DNA of 47,499 nt from a virus, in UHGV virus genome UHGV-0039782. One strand, 5' to 3'. The notes beneath the pieces were generated by a model. The model saw only the letters and a list, made by a program, of their open reading frames with translations. It was not told the DNA's origin and ran no database searches. The number at the start of each line of letters is the position of its first letter. Positions within the stretch are counted from its first letter, which is position 1. This document shows positions 38,841-47,499 of the stretch, piece after piece. The translations under genes were made by a program, and so were the position numbers.

Positions 38841-38906
38841 CTTAATATCCAGCCCCGTAACCCATACATACCCCTACATATGATTGCGATAATGCTGGAT
38901 ATTAAG
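38841..38906. repeat. 13-bp perfect inverted repeat CTTAATATCCAGC / GCTGGATATTAAG with a 40-bp spacer
   Basis: arms at 38841-38853 and 38894-38906, next to the tRNA. Confidence 0.5.
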
Positions 38907-39164
38907 TGTTGTGGTTGCGGGATTCTAACCCGCATTGGACGTCTTTGCGTAATCGCACGCCAGCCTTACTAATTTGGCGAAACCACAACGGCAAAAGCAC
39001 TTTCATCGCTGCAACATGACGGTAAATAGGATTCACTGCATCACGTACAAAATACTCTTGCCTGTTGTGTGCCGGTTGCGCGTCCGGCGTCTCTCGATCG
39101 CTAATTGTAATTGAAGGATTGGATGTAATTAAATGAAATCATGGAACCAATCTCTGTTAAATCT

Positions 39165-39208
39165 AAGTCTACACCACAAAATATCACTGTCAACACCTGT
39201 GATATAAT
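39165..39208 (+). promoter_or_regulatory. promoter-like region for the major tail gene (TCTACACC and GTCAACACC motif elements plus TATAAT)
   Basis: TATAAT at 39203-39208; AATCTACACC and TGTCAACACC upstream, the same arrangement as at 40568-40618. Confidence 0.4.
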
Positions 39209-39244
39209 CACCACGTTAGCAGCTAACACAATTCGGAGATCGAA

Positions 39245-39961
39245 ATGGCTATTTGTGCAAATGATAAAGGCGTTCTGGTCGGTCGTATGACACGCCTATT
39301 CCTTGCTGAAGGGTGCGGCGACGCAGTTCCGGCAGCAGAAGACTGGAAGTATTTAGGCTCAACCACCAGTAAAGGCGTTGACTACTCGCCGCAGACCACC
39401 ACGTCGGAAGCGGATACCGCTGGCGGATTCGTATCAACCCTCGTTACCAGCTCTGATATGACCATCAGCGCAGAGGTTGAAATCCGCAAGAATGACCCGA
39501 GCGATGAATTTGGCTTCCATCGTCTGGTTGAGATTTACGCCACTGAGCTGAAAGCGCGTCGTCAGCCTTCATTGTGGGTACGTGAGGTGACTGGTGCAAC
39601 CATCGTTACCGCGTATTGCAACATCACTAGCATCAGCTACGAAGGCGGCACGAACGACATCGTAACCGGCAGCCTTGAGTTCAAAGTTTACGACTCTGGC
39701 AGCGTTACCGTCGAAAGTCTTGAGCCACTGAAGTTCACCACTGATCTAAAATCAACTGGCACAGCTAGCAGCCCGTTAACTGTTGCTGTTGAAGGTGGCG
39801 TTGCTCCTTACACCTACGTGTGGCGCAAAGATGGCGTAGTTGTCGGTAGCGAATCTGGCGCAACACTGGCAAGCCCTACCGCTGGCGTGTATACCGTCAC
39901 GGTAACGGATTCATCTACTGACCCTGAGATTATCATCAGCACGGCGTGCACAGTGTCCTGA
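39245..39961 (+). CDS. major tail protein with C-terminal Ig-like domain
   Basis: 238 aa; Thr/Ser/Val-rich Ig-like C-terminus (PYTYVWRKDGVVV...VYTVTVTD); followed by a strong terminator. Confidence 0.65.
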   Translation: MAICANDKGVLVGRMTRLFLAEGCGDAVPAAEDWKYLGSTTSKGVDYSPQTTTSEADTAGGFVSTLVTSSDMTISAEVEIRKNDPSDEFGFHRLVEIYATELKARRQPSLWVREVTGATIVTAYCNITSISYEGGTNDIVTGSLEFKVYDSGSVTVESLEPLKFTTDLKSTGTASSPLTVAVEGGVAPYTYVWRKDGVVVGSESGATLASPTAGVYTVTVTDSSTDPEIIISTACTVS

Positions 39962-39970
39962 TAAATAAAA

Positions 39971-39993
39971 AGCCCCGAAAGGGGCTTTGTTTT
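39971..39993. terminator. bidirectional terminator
   Basis: AGCCCC-gaaa-GGGGCT followed by TTGTTTT. Confidence 0.7.
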
Positions 39994-39994
39994 A

Positions 39995-40204
39995 CTATTG
40001 TGGTGGCTCTGGTAGAGGCATCCAGTGGGTGACAATTGCTGCCTCATTTTCATATATCTTATTGTAGCAATATAGTTTCCAAACTGAATTGCCGTCTCCA
40101 TATACAAAGTGGTAACCCTCATGTATTTGGCAATCTTCAGTACAAACAAGGACGTCAATAAAACCTTCTGGCATCCGCTCACTACACTTAATCCACTGAC
40201 TCAT
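39995..40204 (-). CDS. DUF551 family protein
   Basis: MSQWIKCSERMPE...VTHWMPLPEPP, the hallmark termini of DUF551 proteins. Confidence 0.7.
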   Translation of the reverse strand: MSQWIKCSERMPEGFIDVLVCTEDCQIHEGYHFVYGDGNSVWKLYCYNKIYENEAAIVTHWMPLPEPPQ

Positions 40205-40344
40205 ATCACCTTATCCTCATCAAAAATCACACCAATAACACGAAGCAAGTCTTTCGCCATTCTCTCTGCTTCTTCGTAGTCGTAACCGGCATCGACATAC
40301 AGTTCAGTGTAGAAAATCAGGTCAGCTTTTGTTTGTTCGTTCAT
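40201..40344 (-). CDS. 47-aa acidic small protein (MNEQTKADLIFYTELYVDAGYDYEEAERMAKDLLRVIGVIFDEDKVI)
   Basis: ATGA overlaps with both neighbours. Confidence 0.3.
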   Translation of the reverse strand: MNEQTKADLIFYTELYVDAGYDYEEAERMAKDLLRVIGVIFDEDKVI

Positions 40345-40535
40345 TTCTTGTCGTCACTCTTAACCAATGCCCAAACAAGTGCCGCAACCCAACCAATAAA
40401 GCTCCACCCGACAAGAATATTCAGCACACAGATTGCGGTTGTATTTGTGTGCTTTCGTTGCAATGCCACAAATGACGGGAGAAGATAAACAAATACAACC
40501 AATCCAGCAAAAAGAAACAAAATAACAACATCCAT
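40341..40535 (-). CDS. superinfection immunity-like small membrane protein (Imm_superinfect family)
   Basis: LPSFVALQRKHTNTTAICVLNILVGWSFIGWVAALVWAL matches the LP...H...N...GW..GW...WA signature. Confidence 0.6.
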   Translation of the reverse strand: MDVVILFLFAGLVVFVYLLPSFVALQRKHTNTTAICVLNILVGWSFIGWVAALVWALVKSDDKK

Positions 40536-40567
40536 AACTCACCTCATTCATCACTCGTTTCGATGAC

Positions 40568-40618
40568 TTGAATCTACATCACCACCTCGCAGGTGTCAAC
40601 ACCACTGAGATGATATAA
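40568..40618 (+). promoter_or_regulatory. promoter-like region for the chaperone and tape-measure genes
   Basis: TTGAATCTACATCA (40568-40581), GTGTCAACACC, TATAAT at 40613-40618. Confidence 0.35.
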
Positions 40619-40648
40619 TCAACATCAGTCAAATTCAGGATGCAAAAC

Positions 40649-41356
40649 ATGAGCAATCGCACGCCACTAACAGAAATCGGGGAGATGCGCATCTCGCTTT
40701 CTGACAGGAGTTTTTTCTTCAAGCCATCATTTCGCGCCATGAATGAAATCGGCACACCAAAAGAAATCGTCGAGGTATACGCCAAGCTCAATGGCATTGA
40801 TTATGTTGCGCCATTGCAGCACGTCGAATACCTGCCATTTGGCGCTCAGATGCAGGTCATGAAAACCATCAGCAAGCCTGTGTATGGTCGCCATGTGCTA
40901 AGTGCGGCCTATATCGTTATGCAGTCATGCTGTGAAGATGATATTTCCGTGCTGATTGGTGGATGGAAGCCAACACCGCGCGGATTGCGATATGTTCCCG
41001 GCATCATGCCAGTGAACGACATTATTATTATTGCGCGCAACCTGATGCAGCATGGCATCATCGGTAAGTCGCCGCTCAAAGTTCCTGAGCGTCTGGAAGA
41101 ACAGGGCAAGAAAACCACAAATGAGTTTCATGCATCGCAATACATCATCTCAGCGCGCACGCATTTCGACATGACGCGCGATGATGCCGAAAACCTGTCC
41201 ATGACAGAGTTTCAGATGATGATTAAGAATAAATATCCAGAGCCGAAAGGGTTAACGAAAGAAGAACGTGCGGCAGAGTACGATCAGGCCAAAGCAGACC
41301 GTGAGCGCATGAAGGCACTGGCTGAACGCAAAGCGAAAAAAGCGAGGAATACATAA
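40649..41356 (+). CDS. putative tail assembly chaperone (gpG/GT-like, single ORF)
   Basis: position between the major tail and tape-measure genes; Lys/Glu/Arg-rich C-terminus. Confidence 0.4.
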   Translation: MSNRTPLTEIGEMRISLSDRSFFFKPSFRAMNEIGTPKEIVEVYAKLNGIDYVAPLQHVEYLPFGAQMQVMKTISKPVYGRHVLSAAYIVMQSCCEDDISVLIGGWKPTPRGLRYVPGIMPVNDIIIIARNLMQHGIIGKSPLKVPERLEEQGKKTTNEFHASQYIISARTHFDMTRDDAENLSMTEFQMMIKNKYPEPKGLTKEERAAEYDQAKADRERMKALAERKAKKARNT

Positions 41357-43728
41357 TGGCTGAAGAAGTCGGCGGAATTGTCTATGAAGTCGGGATGGAT
41401 GTTAAAGGTCTGAAAGCTGGCGCGACAACAGCCAATAAGACTTTGGACGACCTTGAATCATCAACCAACAAAACCACAAATGCGCTTGGCAAGTTGGATA
41501 AAAACGCCAGAAATGCTGGCAACGGGATGAAGAATGCTGGCGGCGCAGCTTCAGTACTCAAGACCAGTATGTCGATGCTGGCTGGCGCAATATCCGTGTC
41601 ACTGATTATCGAATGGGGCAAGCGATTCCTTGAGGTTGCCGATAACATGACACAGCTTCAGGCAAGGATTGCTCGCCTGTCAACTGATGCAAAAACCGCG
41701 AACGAAACATTCAGCGCACTGGCAAATATCGCCTCAACCACTGGTGCAAGCCTCAGCGATACCACGAAGCTGTGGGAGACATTGACGTCATCACTGAAAG
41801 AGGCTGGCGCTACAAATGCGCAGGTTCTCAACCTTACAGATACCCTGCAAAAAATAGGTCGAATCGGCGGATCATCAACCGAAGAAATGGCGAACGCATT
41901 ACGTCAGTTCGGTCAGTCAATCGCATCTGGCACAATCCGCGCCGAAGAATTTAACTCCATTCTTGAGCAGATGCCTGAACTTGCACGCCAGATAGCAGCA
42001 GGTCTTGGCATCTCTATGGGTGAACTTCGCGCCAGAATGCTTGACGGCAAGCTGACGGCAGAAGATGCACTGAATGCAATTCAGGACAGGACAAGCGTTG
42101 TCAATGCTGAGTTCGCAAAACTACCTCGCTCTATATCTCAGGCCACTGGCAGTCTTGAAACATCATTTGCAAAAATGATAGCAAGCATAAACGAAGCAAC
42201 TGGAGCCAGTTCCACTTTTGTTTCCGTTATTGACTCCATCACTTCAGCAATAAACAGACTTACTGGTCAAACTGTAAGTGCGGCAGAGGTTATTTCTGAT
42301 TTGACATCAACTGCCGAAATGTTCAGTCGCAGGGCAAGAACCTGGTCATGGGTTGGCATTGACGGATGGGCGGCACAAAATCGGGCGATAGCGGCGGTAG
42401 CAAATCAGGCTGCAACTTTGGTATCAGACATGGATGCTGTAACGAAGTCAACAGGAGAAGCAGCAAAAGCTCAGGCGCATTTAACAGTGCCGAAAGCGGC
42501 TGAGAAGGACAAAAAGAAAAAAGGAAAAAGCGCCGAAGAACGGCAAGCTGAGTCAGTAGCTGAAAAGCTGGAGAAACTACGCCAGCAAACCATGCTCAAT
42601 GCCACATCTACCAGCGAACTATCACGCGAGCAAGCAATCCTCAACGCGCAGCAATCGCTTGGAAAAGCTGCCACTCAGGAGCAGATAAAACTGGCTGGTG
42701 AGTATGCTGCGAAGATTTGGGACCAGAAGAATGCATTGAAGGAACAGGCGGAAGCTGAGAAAGAAAGGCAGCGCGTAGAAAAATCATATCAAGGGTTGCG
42801 CGCTATTGCGTCACCAACGACTGGCATTGACACTGAATACCAGCAACGCATGGCTGACCTTGACGCCTACGCCGCAGCGTATCCGCAGAAAATCACAGAG
42901 ATTGAGCAGACTCGCGCAGCAATTGAAGCGCAATATCGCCAGCAGCGAATGGACGCCATGTGGGCTGAGTGGCAGCAGCAAAGCCTCGGCGCTCAACTTT
43001 TCGGCACTGCGCTTGATTCGGCAATGAGCACAGCATCAAACAGCATTACCGGATTGCTGACAGGCACAATGAGCGTTCAGGATGCCATGCGCAGTCTCGG
43101 CTCTACGGTGCTAAATAGTGTTGTTGATACGTTCGTGCAAATGGGCGTTGACTGGGTAAAATCTGCGGTTATGGGGGAGACTGCACAGGTTGCGGCTACG
43201 GCAACCACAACGGCGGCGCAAACGGCAGGACTGGCAACCACAACAGCAGCATCCACTGCGGCGGCAGCCACCACCACGGCAGCATGGACTCCTGCGGCAA
43301 TCGTAGCGTCAATCGGCTCATTCGGCGGTGCGGCTGCAATTGGTGTAGGTGCTGTTCTCGGGGCGCTGGCAATGGGTATCGCTGGCAAGCGCAAAAATGG
43401 TGGCCCTGTTAGTGCCGGAAGTATGTACGAAGTGGGCGAGAATGGCTTGCCTGAGATATTCCAGGCGTCCAATGGTCGCCAGTACATGATTCCCGGCAAC
43501 GATGGCTCAGTTATCAGCAACAAAGACATTACCGGAGGTGGCAGTGGCGTTGTGGTTTATAATAATGTTTACAATAACTCAAGCAATGCTAGCGCAACAA
43601 GCAGGGCCACTGATAACGGTGATGGTTCGATAACTATTGAGACATTTATATCCGATATGAATGAAGGCGGACCGATGAGCCAATCTATCTCAAGAAACTT
43701 TAATACCAACAGGAGAGCAACAGAGTAA
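41356..43728 (+). CDS. tail tape measure protein
   Basis: 790 aa; Ala/Gln-rich coiled-coil repeats, Ala/Thr-rich TM-like stretch, position. Confidence 0.85.
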   Translation: MAEEVGGIVYEVGMDVKGLKAGATTANKTLDDLESSTNKTTNALGKLDKNARNAGNGMKNAGGAASVLKTSMSMLAGAISVSLIIEWGKRFLEVADNMTQLQARIARLSTDAKTANETFSALANIASTTGASLSDTTKLWETLTSSLKEAGATNAQVLNLTDTLQKIGRIGGSSTEEMANALRQFGQSIASGTIRAEEFNSILEQMPELARQIAAGLGISMGELRARMLDGKLTAEDALNAIQDRTSVVNAEFAKLPRSISQATGSLETSFAKMIASINEATGASSTFVSVIDSITSAINRLTGQTVSAAEVISDLTSTAEMFSRRARTWSWVGIDGWAAQNRAIAAVANQAATLVSDMDAVTKSTGEAAKAQAHLTVPKAAEKDKKKKGKSAEERQAESVAEKLEKLRQQTMLNATSTSELSREQAILNAQQSLGKAATQEQIKLAGEYAAKIWDQKNALKEQAEAEKERQRVEKSYQGLRAIASPTTGIDTEYQQRMADLDAYAAAYPQKITEIEQTRAAIEAQYRQQRMDAMWAEWQQQSLGAQLFGTALDSAMSTASNSITGLLTGTMSVQDAMRSLGSTVLNSVVDTFVQMGVDWVKSAVMGETAQVAATATTTAAQTAGLATTTAASTAAAATTTAAWTPAAIVASIGSFGGAAAIGVGAVLGALAMGIAGKRKNGGPVSAGSMYEVGENGLPEIFQASNGRQYMIPGNDGSVISNKDITGGGSGVVVYNNVYNNSSNASATSRATDNGDGSITIETFISDMNEGGPMSQSISRNFNTNRRATE

Positions 43729-43732
43729 AAAA

Positions 43733-43752
43733 ATAAGCCCCTCACGGGGCTT
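43733..43752. terminator. bidirectional terminator
   Basis: AAGCCCC-tcac-GGGGCTT with a T-run on the minus side. Confidence 0.6.
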
Positions 43753-43756
43753 TACT

Positions 43757-44407
43757 TTAAATCTTGTCAGCGCATTTGCGTACAACCCTCGGTATCGTTT
43801 CTTTCAGTTCATCCCATGAGTTGACCGCTTCCATATCCAGAAGTGTGACAAGAGACTTCTGGATATCACTGCGTAACTGGTTAGTTTTTGCATCCTGAGA
43901 GTCCCATGTGTCAAACCCAGTAACTTCACGGATATCTATCGACTCCTTGACTGACTTTGCCACCTGAATGAAATGCCCACTATGACCAATCCTACCCTCA
44001 GTGCGTTCAAGCATTCTGCTAACGGCAGCATTAAGTTCCACGAAACTTACCGCACCAATATTTCGCAACTCAACCTGTCTCTGCGTAATGAATCGGTCGA
44101 TGACAAGGAAATGGAAATATGTGCTGTATTGCTCTGCTATATAGACAGCCAGATGCAAGCAAGCAAAAGTGGAACCATTCCTGCCTCGCGTTGATTTTAT
44201 TGCGCTATCGATACCTAGTTGCTTTTCGCACTCAGACTTGAAATCCTTGAATGCATCAGTTGCCATTACCTGCCGTATTTCTCTTGTCCCCATCCCATTA
44301 TCCAGTCTCCAGCGGTTCATCTGGTTAACAAGGTCATTAACGTTAATAAAATTTTCACGGTCGAAAGTAATTTCTCCGTACGGGAACTCTAATGTTTGCA
44401 GTTTCAT
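43757..44407 (-). CDS. KilA-N domain protein (antirepressor-like moron)
   Basis: GRNGSTFACLHLAVYIAEQYSTYFHFLVIDRFI fits the KilA-N G..G(S/T)(W/F)...LA...A...S..F...V.D pattern. Confidence 0.45.
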   Translation of the reverse strand: MKLQTLEFPYGEITFDRENFINVNDLVNQMNRWRLDNGMGTREIRQVMATDAFKDFKSECEKQLGIDSAIKSTRGRNGSTFACLHLAVYIAEQYSTYFHFLVIDRFITQRQVELRNIGAVSFVELNAAVSRMLERTEGRIGHSGHFIQVAKSVKESIDIREVTGFDTWDSQDAKTNQLRSDIQKSLVTLLDMEAVNSWDELKETIPRVVRKCADKI

Positions 44408-44437
44408 GATTATTTCTCCTGTTTAATGTGACAATTA

Positions 44438-44461
44438 AATTCTACATTCAAATGTAGAATT
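44438..44461. promoter_or_regulatory. perfect 24-bp palindromic operator-like site AATTCTACATTCAAATGTAGAATT
   Basis: half-sites TTCTACAT / ATGTAGAA belong to the dispersed TCTACRT motif family; 30 nt upstream of the KilA-N start. Confidence 0.5.
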
Positions 44462-44581
44462 TTTGCAAGCTATTTTAGATTGCAAAACATCACAGAACTA
44501 ATACATTTTAAACCATCTCATGCTGGGGTGATGAAACTTGCGCCGTGCTAAAATACGTCAACAAAGCGAAGAGGATTTCAC

Positions 44582-47499
<2,918 letters not shown>

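Noticed and set aside
38907-38989. Second tRNA next to tRNA-Met
   Set aside because: The acceptor-like palindrome and one T-arm or anticodon-like hairpin are present, but I could not build a D-arm and second arm consistent with a cloverleaf in either orientation. Kept only as a tRNA-like fragment within a finding.
41325-41345. AAAAAAG run near the end of the chaperone ORF as a G-T type programmed -1 frameshift site
   Set aside because: The heptamer is not in the X_XXY_YYZ phase of the zero frame and lies only about five codons before the stop, directly abutting the tape-measure start. No extended -1 frame product is possible.

Overview
This window looks like most or all of a mosaic tailed-phage genome (siphovirus-like, lambda-type tail; enterobacterial host inferred from an SSB, a DnaN-like protein and a lambda R-like lysozyme close to E. 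coli/lambda sequences I recall). Reading 5' to 3': the 3' end of a large tail protein and a pectate-lyase-fold tailspike; a minus-strand replication/recombination block (SSB, Erf, PD-(D/E)XK exonuclease, VRR-NUC, a DExH helicase interrupted by an intein element, primase, ASCH, DUF3987-like P-loop protein); an origin-like iteron and AT-rich region; small early genes; TerS/TerL, portal and MuF-like head protein; two opposite-strand moron blocks flanking an R-like endolysin/holin/Rz-Rz1 lysis cassette; Lar-like, HNH-AP2 and other small genes; scaffold, putative decoration protein and major capsid protein; a 3-kb minus-strand operon with a truncated beta-clamp homologue and a ParB-like protein; a membrane-protein cluster with a pinholin-like gene; head-tail joining genes; a tRNA-Met(CAU); major tail protein; a DUF551 plus superinfection-immunity moron; chaperone, tape measure, KilA-N moron, and gpM/L/K/I-J-like tip genes running off the window end. 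The most unusual locus is the helicase. Its N-extein plus intein blocks A/B, a LAGLIDADG homing-endonuclease ORF in another frame with its own SD and ATG, and intein blocks F/G plus the C-extein are three separate ORFs. That fits a fractured gene with a naturally split intein and a nested free-standing HEG, or otherwise two compensating homopolymer frameshifts. Eleven factor-independent terminators and a dispersed intergenic motif TTGAYGTAGA mark module boundaries. I saw no integrase, CI-like repressor or CRISPR array. A 535-codon ORF at 45894-47499 has no stop in the window and is missing from the supplied ORF track.
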